NCBI RefSeq assembly: GCF_000181795.1
Contig: NW_003526944.1
Span: 4,195,754 to 4,259,753 of the forward strand
Length of the DNA: 64,000 nt
From: Trichinella spiralis
Lineage: Eukaryota
Direction: 5' to 3'
In this document: in pieces, positions 50,941 to 64,000 of the stretch
How positions within the stretch are numbered: position 1 is the stretch's first letter
Layout: the number at the start of each line of letters is the position of its first letter
Translations under genes and position numbers: made by a program
The notes under the pieces: generated by a model
Seen by the model: only the letters and a program-made list of their open reading frames with translations
Told to the model about the DNA's origin: nothing
Databases searched by the model: none

Positions 50941-53900
50941 TTTTATTGATGAACTGTTTTTTTTTGTTTTCTTCAAATAAAGCTGAAGTATATAAATAAT
51001 TTATGACAGAAAAATGACAAACTGCTGCTTGCTGGTCAACGGTTCGACAAACGGGAGGAAGATTGTTCCAGTCAGGTGAGGACGGTTCGTGCCTGGGCTG
51101 CCAGTTCCACTTCGCGCCAATCATCATCAGCCGCTGTTGCTGATTCGTCAGTTTGATAAGCGTGCGTGAAAATGGCCGTGAAAATATATCGGAACCGCTA
51201 AACGCAGCGGTCAACATGGCGCCACGTCGCCCGCATCGCAGATCGCTAATCGACCGTTGCTCACTTCACAGATCATCATGCTTATCGCTTGGTCAGACTG
51301 ACCGGTGCATGGGGTGGGACTTTATGGCGCCGTGGCGAAAAAACTGAACATGAACTGAACACCAACTACCGATGGCCAATCAAATTGAACAATTGACCAA
51401 AAGCGGGAAATTGTTCATTCACTTGTATTTTTTTTGTTTTTTGGAAACATCCAATTTTAATTTTTAAATTTCAAACTAATCAAACGTCCAGGCTTGAGAA
51501 AAATCTCGCCAGATGGATTATTAATTTTTTTGCAACAACACGGGATAAAAATAGCCACCTAATGCTGTTGAGTTGAGCAATACGTGGGCGAAGCTGCTTA
51601 TTGTTCTTCAATTTTTTTTCATTTCTTTTTTCTTTGTTCAACAATCGAAAAGCCCCTATTTTCCACTTTTGAATTGCGACTTCCTCTGCGAGTTCAATGC
51701 AACCCTTTTTGTTTGCGAACGTTGCAATTTTAACATTTAATTATTAAATATTTTTTTAATTTCATTTTTCAATTCTGATTTCAATTCAAAAATGACATGT
51801 ATTTTGTTTCATTTTATTTCATTTGTAACAATTATTTTCTTTTCTTTTCTTCATATTTATCTATTTATTTAATCTTAAATTAATTGTAAACTAGAACTGA
51901 AATCAGATTGATAGTTTTTGTGTAGTTTTTAGCATTTGATTTGATCAGTTGTTGGTTGCACTGATCTGATATGAGAACAGTAGTAGTTCTAGTAGTAAAC
52001 TTTTTGCTTTTATTCATCGGCTTGTGTGTGCTAAAAGTAGTTCTATTCTTCATTGATTAGTGTTGTAGAAAATTTTATAAATTTAAATGACAGCTTCTGC
52101 TATGTTAAATTTTTGGTTACAATTAGAGAAACAGTATGTGAAGCTTTAAATATGCAAGTCCACATCAGCGTCCGTGTCTGGTCGAGCGACTGAAAAGCAA
52201 TTTTTTTTACTTCTCTGTTCTTTGTTTGATTTTTAAAAATTAAGTGTTGTACAATTTTTCAAAAGAGCAGCAGATTTTTTTTTGATCATTCATTCGGTTT
52301 GTTATTGATGAATTGTTTCTTTGCTTATTTATTATATTGTTCAGAGAACAATTTTGATGTTTATGCAAATTGGAAAAAATTTTCTTTTCCTCTATTTGAG
52401 TTAAACGACAACATTGAGCAGTTGAAAAGCACTCATTCTCAACAGGATTATTACGAGCTTTATCATTTTGCAAACGTTTCGGTGCTGCAGCACTAGCGAA
52501 ACATTTTGTCAACCATGCGTGAATATCATCAATTTATCAGATGCTTTGAAACAATTTAATAATAATAATAATAATAATAATATAAATTGACTCAGTGGCT
52601 TTTAAATTTTACAAAATTTCAATTCAAATACAAACATCTCTTTACGTCGACGTAATAAATGCATTTTGGATGAATGAATATATATATATATATATATATA
52701 TTTATGTTTTTTATTATCAATGCCCATCATTGTTTGAGGCATTGAAATTGGGTCGTATGATAAATTACAGCCGCACCTCCTTTTGGAATTTGTTCAAAAT
52801 TTGCACTGCAAGCAAATTTATTGGCAATGGAATCTCTTTTTCCTTTCTTCTTCTATTACTGAAATAATAATCATATTATTCACCATTATCCATCTGTGAT
52901 GGGCATTTTGTCTTCTTCTGCTACTATCTTCTGCCCCAAATTTTTGCACATTACTGTCATTACGGTCAATGCTCAATTTTTACACAGTTAGTTCAGATCA
53001 TTGGATATACAAATGATTTTTTTGTTTTCTTTTTTTGGTTTTTGGCTATCTTACATTAATATAGAAAATGTTTGAAATTTTGCTTTGAAGCTGAGTGAAT
53101 TAGTGTGAGACATTGAGTGAGTGAATAGTATTATTCTTAATTGAGAAAATTAAAAAAAAACATCTCCATTTCATGGTGAATTCAGGTTAAAGTGGCTTGC
53201 TTTGAATTTGAAAGTATTTAATTGAAATTTGGAGCTATATGCTTTTCTGCTTTGTTTGATTTTTGGGTTTACTTTATATTATTATGAAATAATATGAGTT
53301 TGATGGAAAAAATTATTTATTCTATTCAGTAATTGACAATTGCAGATGATAATAATTTTTTGCTTTTGATTTTTGTACAAGAGTAGCAGTTGTTGCAACA
53401 TGGAGTGGACGGATGATTGCTTTTTGTTGAAAGTAGTTGTTGTTTGTAGTAGTGAAATAGGGAAGTGGAAGAGGGAAATTGATTTCAAGCTTGTTGTTAC
53501 TTGTCATCAGCAAGCTTGTCAGGATACACCGTGAGGGACAAAAGCAAGCCAAGAAAGCGCAGTTGGGAAATTTTCCATATTTGCATTTGGAATGAACCAA
53601 TTTGTTCAATAGACGATTATCAATAGCGGTATAAATGTGTGGAAAGATTATCACTGGAGAAAACATTCTTTTTGTTGAAGCATTTGGATGAGAAAGAATA
53701 GAATGAAGATGCTGCTCAGCTAAGGTCAGCAGAATTTGCTTGTTCAGCTTTGTTAAGCTGCTCACTTGGTCTTTTGGTATTTTTGGTAAAGGTGCGCTGT
53801 TAGAGTAGCACATACGGCCGGCCGGCCGGCAGAACAATAACTTCCGTCAGCTGAGGCCATCACAGCGCTCTGTTGTTGACTATTGAGCTTGCCACATGGA

Positions 53901-56900
53901 CCCGCGTTGGCATTTCCCTCTCAAAATTTATTCCTTTACTGTACACATGTTGTTTACTGTTTTCCTTTGAAATTTGAAATCCAAACTATATCATGAAAAA
54001 TGTATGATTAACAAAAAAAAATCATAAAGGTGCTTTGCAATCTTATTCACTACATATGTGTATTTTTTTGAATTTCTAGATATATTCCAAGAGAAATTTA
54101 AATTTTCAAAGGCAAAAGAATGTTGAATTGAAGAATATGAATAAATTGGTGAACTGCATGTTTTTGGTTGTTGACAGCTTTAATAGTGGAATTGATTTAT
54201 GAGAGAGAAAGAATGAAAAGAAAATGGTGAGTCTGATTGATGCCTGTTTTCTTGTTTCTGATGATGCTATAATGATCATGGTGGTGAAATGCAATCAGTT
54301 GTTTATTCGTTATCATCTGCTGATTTAAACGACATTTCATTGATTCTTAATATTGATATGACTTTGATATGGTCGATTGTTGTTCTTCAGCGTGATGTGG
54401 GCCTTTTACTAATGAATATTCTGCTAAATGACCAATGCAATACCCTGACCTGAAGAACCTTGACTTTCTCATTTGCATTGCTTATTTTTATTTCAACAAT
54501 AATCAATTCAACTTTGAAATCAATCTTCAAACTGATAATTGATTGATTTTTCTTCTTCTTCTTCTTCTTTTTGTTTGGTTAATTTTTATTGTTGAATGCT
54601 TGTTCTGCAGATATAAAAAATAGCGTGGCAAAAACATTGGAACAAATGATACGGAACGGTGGTGTCGTTTTGTCATGGTGAATACTGCATGCTGAGTTTG
54701 GTTAAACGATCGTTTATTGTTTTCACACCAAGCCGACGTGTCTGCACGGTCAGTATGTCGCAGGCCACTACTTGGTGTTATTGATGACCGCCTGTAAATT
54801 TTGCCAACTACTGCGGTGAGGGCCACTTTTTCCATCGACCCGGCTCGCCTTGAACCGTCCAAACAGCCCAACTGCACCGCTGGCTGCTGAAGCCCTGCTG
54901 AGGTGAAGATGCGCGCCTCTTTGGCTCACATTTCTTTCTACAATGGATCGATTTGAAACGCCACTTGGTGGGACAAAACCACTGCACCGTTGGTCATCGG
55001 TGATAAACAATTTTTACAATTGGTCACTTTGACAAGGCGTGGACAGCTGAAACGACGATTCTGACACGATCACGTCTCGTCGACTTTCTCATAAATTTTC
55101 TTCCAGAAATTATGCATGCACATCAATTTCATTCGTTCAAGTATTATCCACATGTATCATTTAACATTTCAATGATAATTGCATTGGTAACATTAGGCGT
55201 AACATGAAAAATGTGATATATATGTTGCTTATTTAATAGTGAAAATAACTCTCAAAATTTTAGTTTATAATGAAATTATTACATTTGTTTCGAAAATCGA
55301 CTGTTCTTTCATATCCTTGAAAAATCGAATGGAAACTATCAAAATCAAATGTATCTTTCATTCTTTTTATTTTATCAGTTTGTCATTTTAGAAAATTTGC
55401 ATATCATTATTGTTAGCACGGTTCACTAGGACGAAAATGACCTCTTTTGCGATGTTTGTTTAGTTGCATTTGCATTCTTTTAATATGTCTGTTTGCACGC
55501 TGTTGAGTTTTCATTTCTTTCTCATTTGATTTTTAAGCAAGCTATTTTCCTAAAGGTAAGACTATTTTTTATGTATTTCTTTTGGTTTTTTTCATTGGTA
55601 GTTATTCTTTATTCTGTGAAAGAACCAAGAAAAAAGGATATTGTGTAAGGCATTATTGTAACTGATAATTTTGATCACTGATCGTTCACTGAAATGCATC
55701 CCAAATCTGACTAACATTCTGCTGAGGAGAGTTTTATAACAACAAAATTATGAATCATATATATATATTTATATTTATACACTTTGTAAATCAACATACA
55801 TGCTACTTTTGTGGAAATGTCTATTTTGCAATTCCATTATTCTTTAAAAACCTACTTATTGCATTACTTATTATTCAATTCGTCCTTAAGCGTGGCGCGT
55901 GACTTTATGTATTTGTCTACTTTAAAAATTTTGCTATTTTACCAAGAGTTTAGTTTTATGTATGTTCATTTGATTAGCTGCAGTTATTATTAGATTTAGA
56001 GCAAGAACTGTGTTTGGCATTTAACAAAATGAACTGCTATAATATTATTTTAAAATGATGCGCGTTACTGTGACAGGTGCATGATGTTGTCGTCATGTTT
56101 TTTAATGACAGCGTTGCCAGATGGCTCAGACTGCAGGCAGCTGCATTTAGCTTATTCACCATCATCAAATGCATATAATATAGCTGCAATATTTTACGCG
56201 CACAATTAATGCGGTATAAGTGTTGTAAAATGTACAAATGTTGGACAGTTGAACGAAAAATCATCATATCAGAAATGAATTTTCTTATGGATAAAATTTA
56301 TGAAGTCTTTCGTGTAAAATCATTCTATTGCTTGATTTTATTATTTCATTTTTCAACTTCATCTTCTTGTGCGATACGAAACAAAAAGTTCTCTCAAAAA
56401 TCATATCAACTTGATGATCAATTATGCATACTGTACATAAAATTGATTATCATTTAAATTATTGTCGTAATTTTTTTACGCTTTATGATGCATGAAAATG
56501 GTGAAAAATTAGTCGAAAACACTTTCGAAAAGATTATTTGTAATTAACAGTCACGAAATAAATTTCTTACAAGTGAACATTTTACTTAGACGTCCATTTG
56601 GCGTCGAGTGATGGAAAAAAGCAAATAATGAATTTCATTGCTTTTATCTTCTACTAGCATTTGAATATTTGATTCTTGAGCAGTTTAAATTTGGCTATGT
56701 TGTTCATTTTTAATCAATATTTTATTCCGAATTTTAGTTTTTACCAAAGTAAACTTCAAAATTAATAACGACAGAGAAGTGTTAAGGGTATTGTGCAAGA
56801 ATGGAATATAGGAAGATGTTTGCTTCTTGTTTTTCTTTTTTTTTCCCATGAACACAGGACACACTCAGACAGTCAGTTACATATATTAAGGATATGTAAT

Positions 56901-56901
56901 G

Positions 56902-59594
56902 TTAGTAGTTGAAATAGGAATTTTGCATCAGATACAGGCGATCAATAGGGCTGTTTTTCATTGTCGTCGATGACGACGGTGACGATGCACACTGTGCTTC
57001 AGTGTTCACTTCTTCTGCATTTTTTGACAACTCAGATCTTTGCATATCAGCTTCGTGAAACGAAGCAATATCACTGCAAGGCGAATCTGAAATGAAACAA
57101 AAAATAATCGTTATTTCTATTCATTTTTTCTCACTCTAAATTAATTTAAATAAATTGATTCGAAATGATCATTTCAAATTAATACTTGTATGTTATGCAA
57201 TTTAATATTGTTGCTGAATTATCCAACTGTCCAACTGATTTAATAATCGAAATATAGTTCTTGTTAGTGCAGTTTTACAGACATAAAGTAAAATAGAAAT
57301 AGATGGCAAAAAACCAAAAAAGGGATTTTGTTTTTTCTCAGGAAGCAGATAAACAATAATAATAAAAATAGTGGTGATGATAATATATATTCATGCTCAC
57401 CTAACATGTTGGAACATGAGTGAGTTTCACTGGACAGATCTAATTCGCTGGCGGAGCTGGAAACCGAATCTTTGTCCGTTGCTTGTTGTTTAATGGCATC
57501 CTCTTTGTCTTGTCCATCAGATCCGTCTGCGTTGGCTTCGTGACCGGAAGATTTTTTGTATTCTGATTTTCGGTGTAATTTTTTCATCTAAATATTTACA
57601 ACAATTTTGCAAAAGTGGCGAACATTTAAAGTGGGTAAGATAAGAATAAAAACAAGCAACTTTGGCTCTCTGATTCTGGAACCAAACCTGCACCACACGT
57701 ACACTGAGACCGGTTTCTTTAGCTAACGCTTCTCGTACCTTAAAATTGAAGGGTGTGGTGAATAATTTTTTTGAAAAACAGCACAACAACAGCAACAGTG
57801 CATACTGTTGTTGTTGTTGACATGTTTACTTTACGACAAGGCTTTGCGCTGACTTCGAATGAAGCTTTGAATGTTTTCCTCTGATGGCTTGTCAAAATTG
57901 TACGTGGTCGTTTCAAAGTTTTCTTGTGGTGTCCATGTCGAAACGGTCCAAGTTTGAAAGCTGAATAAGATATAAAACAGAAAAATAGAAAGAAGCTATT
58001 GTTTGCTTGTTTGTTGCCTATTGAACAAGCAACAACAACAATAACGAGAACAACAGAATTTGCTTACCGTCTTCGTAGGGATTGTGGACGAGAGATTCAA
58101 AATCACCGCGACAAAGTATCTGCTCATTTTGACGTACGTACTCGTCGCCTGGTTGCAATAGTTTTCCGCATATTGAACAGCCAAAGCAGTTCATGTGAAA
58201 AATTCGATCTTGACTGCGTTGTACAAAATCGGAAGGATTCAACGGCAACGCGCATTTTGCACATTTGCTTCCATAAATTCTGAAACGATTACTCATCGTT
58301 TGTTTGTTTCTCTTCTCTTCGATCGATTTCAAAAACAGTGATCAAAAAATTAATCAGCACAATAATAATATTTATTATTAGAATTAATTGTTCATCAGTT
58401 AGCAAATTCTGCTTAGTCGGCTTGATCAGTTTGGTTTCTGCTGTCATTCATTCATTCATTCATTCATTCATCAGCTCATCATATTATGCAACTAAGGAAT
58501 AGGAAAAGCAATAAACGAGTTTTCTACTTTACGTCATCAATGAATGGACATTTCGACCCTGTTTGATGACGTATTTTTATGCGTATGCACGCATGATCGA
58601 CAACTCCGCTTAAAAATATACCATCACTTGTGCAGACGTTTGTCGACAACTGGATCGTCTGCAACTGGTGTTGCCAACGCCCATTTCGTTATTTCGTCTG
58701 CAGTTCAGAGATGGGCTTTTAAAAATTGACATCTTCTCATGATGCCTGCCCTATTTGTTGTCCCAACTAATAGCGTTGTGCAAAAATTTGCATAGGTCAG
58801 TGTAGATTTGTTTGTTCTCTGCACAGTTGGCTGTTTATTTGGAATTGTGATGGAAAATTTGGTTAAAATTCAAAAAGGTATTTTGATTTTGAGAAATCGT
58901 TTGAAATAACTTTTGCAACTGATTGAATTTTGGTTTACTTTTGAAAAATTATCACCAAACCAAAAGCACTGCTTGTTGTTGGCAAATACAAATAGACTTT
59001 ATCATCCTATTTCTAATTATCATAATTCAAATATTGATGCGAGTATAAATTTTGTTCAAAATGTTGTAAACAATTGGAATCGATGAATTTGTGGTGGTTA
59101 AAAAGAGGCGGCGTATTTGCAAATTGCCTATATTCGAACGGTGGTAAATATCAAGATAGCTTTGAGCGGGTGATTATAATGCTTTTACGTTGTCAAAGTG
59201 ACCAGTGAGCTTGCCTAAAGCGATACGACGGTTTGAATTAGCACATCGCTGCATACAGTGCTTGTGCATATATAGCCGCGAATCAAATAGGCCATTAAGA
59301 GGAAGAAATTAAGAATGCCATTTAAATTAGTCGGCTATTTTTGATATGAAACTCAGCAACAGAAAAGAAGAAAAAGAAGAAGAATAAGAATGTTTCAACC
59401 AACCTGAGATAGTCGCCTCTGCAGAGGACTTTACCGTCCCTGAGAAAGCAGGACGGTGCCAGGCTTAGTTCCAAGCCACAGATTGAGCAGACCAAGCACC
59501 GTTCGTGCCAAAAGTTGCCGGCCACGTTCAACATGAAGCGATCGTTGATGGGCATTTTACAGGCCACACAACAGGCGTTGGTCTGAAGCGTCAT
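56902..59594 (-). CDS. lim-6: LIM-homeobox transcription factor of the LMX1/LIM-6 class, about 327 aa
   Basis: Exons 59594-59404 (LIM1; acceptor at 59615, so an upstream exon is possible), 58279-58068 (LIM2), 57960-57830, 57738-57661, 57587-57401 and 57086-56902. Homeodomain [60 protein letters not shown]-type C-terminus [13 protein letters not shown]. Confidence 0.94.
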
Positions 59595-60794
59595 TGTCGA
59601 AGCCGGGCAGAAGCCTGCAAAAAGCAACAATCGATGTCAAGTCAGCTACGCAAGCGGCGTCGATTAGCTAGCACATGAGTAGAAAAATTTGCATATAGCA
59701 GGTTGAAAGTAAAATTTTCCACTAGCATCATTGGTGAGCTTACTGAGCGCCGGTGAGCGACCGGATTGGTAATAGCGGCAAGCGGCTTGTAGAATTGAAG
59801 CCGGCTGGCAAGCTTGGGAAGCCGTCTCACCGCTGTGCATCGTGATGATCACGACGTTCGCTGTGACTGGTCGACGGTGGTGAATGGTCTATTCGTGGGA
59901 AATTACTATTCGCAGCTTGGCCGTACCTTTGACAAGGTAACGAAAAAAAAGATGATGCTAATGATGATGAGAATGGGAAGTAGTGGGATGGATGGGATGA
60001 AAAGCCAAGTTTACGTTGGTCGACTGGTGACATCGACATTTCAATGCCCACATCGGCACATCTTCATTTGTAAAAATGGATAAACATTGTGAATAAAAGA
60101 GAAATAAAAAATAAGCTGACAAACGTTCACTACTTGAACGATCAACCGACCAACCAGTCGACCAACCAACCAGTCGACCGTCCAACCAACCAACCAACTA
60201 ACCAATACAATGGTTCAGATGGACACAAAGAACAAAATAGTATTATTGTGATTATTATTTGGATGACGCGTTTGCGTTTTGCATTTGCTTTTGCTTGTAA
60301 GCGGATAGAGGCGTCGACAATGCAATTCGATGGCAGGCGCCCGCTGGTCGTCAACGCCGCCGTTGCGCAACACGACCATTGTCTTTTCCAACGCCTCTGC
60401 GTTGAGTGTACATTAAAGCGGCTAATCGCAGAAGGATAGTTTTGATCAAGCTGTTTCGAAAAACAACCGCCATGCAAAACGTGGCACATGATAATTTCAA
60501 TCGTGCAGATTTTCTTGTTGAACACGTGCCTGGATAGTGAAGAAGCAGGCATCAAAAGCTGCATGAATTCATCTTCAACAAGCAGATGATATAAAGCAGT
60601 AACAGTAGTACTAGTAAAATACAGTAGCTAGTTCGATTTGATTCGATTCGATTCAATTATTCATTCCACTTCTTTTATAATGCTTATTTATTTTGTGGTT
60701 GATCAATTTATACTAATATGAAAAAAAGAAAAAATTTTCATTTTCATCATTATTCTATTGAATATGCTTATTTCTATTTTGCACTTTATAATAT

Positions 60795-60823
60795 CTTCTT
60801 CTTCTTCTTCTTCTTCTTCTTCT
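60795..60823. repeat. (CTT)n microsatellite
   Basis: Tandem ctt units seen directly. Confidence 0.9.
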
Positions 60824-63300
60824 TTAGGTAAATAAGAATGACCAAATTTAATCGCTACTGATAAAATTTAATTTGCCTACCATGCTTTTAGAATATAGGA
60901 TGAATTTGTTTCGTTCACTTGTCATTTTCATTTATACAGAAGGTTTGCATTTTCTTTTCCTTCAGCTTATAGAAAAATTATTATTTTTATCGACATGAAA
61001 AATATTTGTAAAAATTTGTGAGAAGCAAGTTTTTTCCATATAAATTAACTATTTTCCAATGTAAAATCATCATCAGTCAGTACATGCTCGTATTGTTTAT
61101 TCAAATTTTCAATACTGCTTACTTTTTCTACACTTTTTGTAAAAAAGGGAAACGTGTGGGGAAATGTTTAACTCATTTCTTTCCTAATATGTGCATATTT
61201 CATTTAGTTTTAGTAGTAATTTCATTTAGTAATAATTATAATGGCGAATAACAGAATTTTGTCATCTTTTCAAAAGGTTTAAGAAAGTATTTTACAAATA
61301 TATTTAGTATGTTTACAATGAATGCAGTATCAAGAATATTTATATTGGTTAATGGGCAATTTTGTAAAATTATCATATATCATATTAACAAATTTTACTT
61401 TTCTTCTTTGTTTATTCACGTACATACTGCAAAATTACTTGTACTGAAGTGTGGACTTAATTCAAAAAATACCATAGTCGTGTTACACTATTTATTTTTG
61501 TTGAACAACTATTTTTAAATATATTATTCATTGTCTTTTAATTAGCAGTTAGCTTTTCTTGTCGTACATTCCATGATATATGGATACGTTATGTGAAAAT
61601 TTAAGATAATAATAATGTTTTAATAATAATTAAATTTTACTTTCAAAAATCAAATATCGAAATAGTATGAATTGCAGAAGATCATCGATTGCATATTATA
61701 TTAAATGCCCATATTTGTTATACTATCGGGCAGCTGCGCTCGCGGAAATGTTGCCAATTTTTGTCGGTTGGTTTAGCTGAAATGATCCGGAAATAAGAAT
61801 AGGAAGAAGAAGCAGAGGCAGGAGAAGGGGAAGGAGGAGGTGGAGAAGCAGAGTCTTTGCTCTGTGAAAGCTGTGTGACTGTTTGCTTTCATCAAGCATC
61901 AATGAGCCGTCATCGATTACTTCAAAGATGGATAAGCACCGGTAGCGATTTAATTTGTCGCCCGTGTCAACAGATCTGTTGTCAAAGTGCGACCATCTAG
62001 CACTTTATTGCAACCGGTTGCCAGCTGCTCTGGGGCCGCAATTAAATCGGCTATAAATGAACAGCGTTGAAGCCTTACAGTAAGCTAGTTATAAGCAACA
62101 AGTGCTTCTTCTTTTTGTTTTCATTTTCACCATCATCATCAACATCATCTTCATCTTATCCTTCTTCTTCTTCTTCTAATTCTTCCACTTCTCCTTCTCA
62201 TTCTTTTTCTATTTCTTCTCCTTCTTCTTCCAGTTCATTTTCGTATTCACTGTGCTCTATTGTTCTGTCTGAAGTTAGCATAAAGTGGTAATCAATTGTT
62301 AAACAAGCCGCAATTGATCTGCTTTGCGCAATACTGTAACAGGCTGTATTCTTGAGACCAATCAGAGTTTCTTATTAAAGTAGATGATGTATACTGTAGC
62401 GCTGGACTATTGCATGTTCCCAGGTGAGCACGGCAATCGGTAAATGGGATTACCGATCCGCTTTGTTTCTCATGATGGTCAATTCAATTATTTCCATTAT
62501 TCATCAGCTTGTTCAGCTTTTAAGTCAAAAGATTTTTATTATCAAATTTAGCTGGATGTAATTCTCAGATAGCGTTTGTAATAATGAATGTTTTTTCTGA
62601 CAGAATAACTAACAGAGTGAAGTTGAACTTTTTCAAAATGACAGACTATCTTTTACAAATTTACACATTAAACAAGCAGATGAAGTATTTGCAATTTTTC
62701 GCACTCAAGAACAAACAATATTTCTTGTTAACGCATATACATAGCTACTTTCTAGTTCATAATAACTTTTTTACAGAACTGCACACAGGGTTCTTTTAAT
62801 TAGATGTCAATGTGTAGATTTATAAAGATGAATTGCTTTAATCATTGTCACCATAAGCTGAAAATAGGCAGTTAACAACAATTCATCGAATTGCACATTT
62901 AAAGCTTTTCGATACATGGTGACGCTATTCACTTTAATCAGAATGAAGTTATTCACTTGTTCTGGAATTGTTTGTCCGCTATTCATCTTTGAAGTTTATC
63001 AATTCTTGAATTTGTCAAACTATTGTTGAAATCGACGAATCTTTTTCTAATTATTACTAGCTTAATGTGTCGAGATGAATTTAATAAACGAACGGATTGA
63101 TTTTCCTGGAGTGAGTGCCCCTCAGGCGTCTGCGCGTACGAGTAATTCAATTTGGTTACGGTATTTTTTATTCATTTTTTTCGAACAACAAGCAAACAAT
63201 ACTCTCTATTCAAAAATTCCTTTATTGAACTGATGATATCAGTACAGTCCAAAATGTGACTAATGAATGAATCACCACATTTTAAGCAGACAGACTGGAT

Positions 63301-64000
63301 CTAAATATCGCGAGTCGCTCTGAGCTAAAAAAGAGGAATTATTTAAAAAAAGGTTAAAAACATTTTAAAGTATAAATTACAATGTCGTCAATTTTCAATA
63401 TCGAACGCACTGCCTCACTAGCCAATGTCAATGCGCTGATAGTTACCAAAGCAGGCTGCACGACGTTCTCCTCATACATGCTCGTGATGCATCCCTTACA
63501 TTGAAAATTTATCTATCTATCATGAACAAACGAGAATAACAAAACCAAAATTCACCTTTCGAACATTGATGCCTGCTGCACTGTCTCCGTTGACATGTCT
63601 GTGACGCAATTCAGTTATTGTTTCAATTGGTCTCAAACCTGCATTCTCTGCCAATGTGTACGGAATCACTTCTAACGCATCAGCGAAGCTTTGAAAAACG
63701 AATGACAACATGCCCGGATGTTCAAGGGCCAAACTTCTCAAACGACACGCCACTTCCATTTCCGGCGCACCACCACCACATATCAAAAGTCTACAACAAA
63801 CAACATTCCGTTCCATTTCTCGCATTATCGCATTTGCAAAAAATGGATTACTTCTTCTTGTATAAACAACGAAGCACAGCAAGCGCATCATGCAACGAAC
63901 GTTCTGCTTCGTCCAGCACAAGTCGATTGGAACCACGCAGCACTATTGACGCTGTTTTACCTGGATTCTGCACGCCAGTAAATTGAATAAGTCGTTCTCC
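63301..64000 (-). CDS. cct-4: T-complex protein 1 subunit delta (CCT4), 3' part (5' part outside window)
   Basis: Exons >64000-63852, 63790-63556, 63494-63381 and probably 63324-63301. Motifs [59 protein letters not shown] and RSILKIDD match CCT4. Confidence 0.93.

Noticed and set aside
53322..55010. ORFs of 80-171 aa between DDR and lim-6
   Set aside because: Non-ATG starts and no motifs. The DDR model already begins with a signal-peptide exon at 50940.
60142..60206. Short direct repeats (ccaaccagtcgacc x2) in a CCAA-rich tract
   Set aside because: Degenerate microsatellite with no spacer structure; not CRISPR-like.
62400..62460. miR-92-like start (tattgcatgttccc) and a small hairpin atcggtaa...ttaccgat
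   Set aside because: Seed mismatch, and no precursor-length stem around the putative mature sequence.
63060..63165. GC-richer stem downstream of cct-4, considered as an H/ACA snoRNA or SL RNA
   Set aside because: Only a short stem and weak box matches; cannot be supported without an Rfam search.

Overview
Eukaryotic, very AT-rich, intron-dense genomic DNA from a nematode. Protein similarity, short introns and relaxed splice acceptors suggest a clade I worm such as Trichinella, but this is inference. I built nine gene models by hand from splice signals and reading-frame continuity. In order they are: the 3' end of a muscle myosin heavy chain (+); a 70-aa PKA inhibitor (PKI)-like gene (+); a mab-3-type transcription factor with two DM domains (-), followed by about 17 kb of gene-poor upstream DNA; mitochondrial ATP synthase subunit b (+); intronless lst-2/ZFYVE28 (+); GPCPD1/GDE5 (+); a complete discoidin domain receptor tyrosine kinase (-); a lim-6/LMX1 LIM-homeobox gene (-); and the 3' end of cct-4 (-). 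The best lead is the PKI-like microprotein. It aligns without gaps to the vertebrate PKI pseudosubstrate and nuclear export signal, and lies downstream of two perfect CRE palindromes, which suggests a cAMP-PKA-CREB-PKI feedback module. Also notable are a ~600-bp fold-back palindrome beside an assembly gap in mab-3 (probably an artefact), a frame-preserving cassette exon in mab-3, and direct DDR-LMX adjacency. I recognised no tRNA, rRNA, transposon or CRISPR array.
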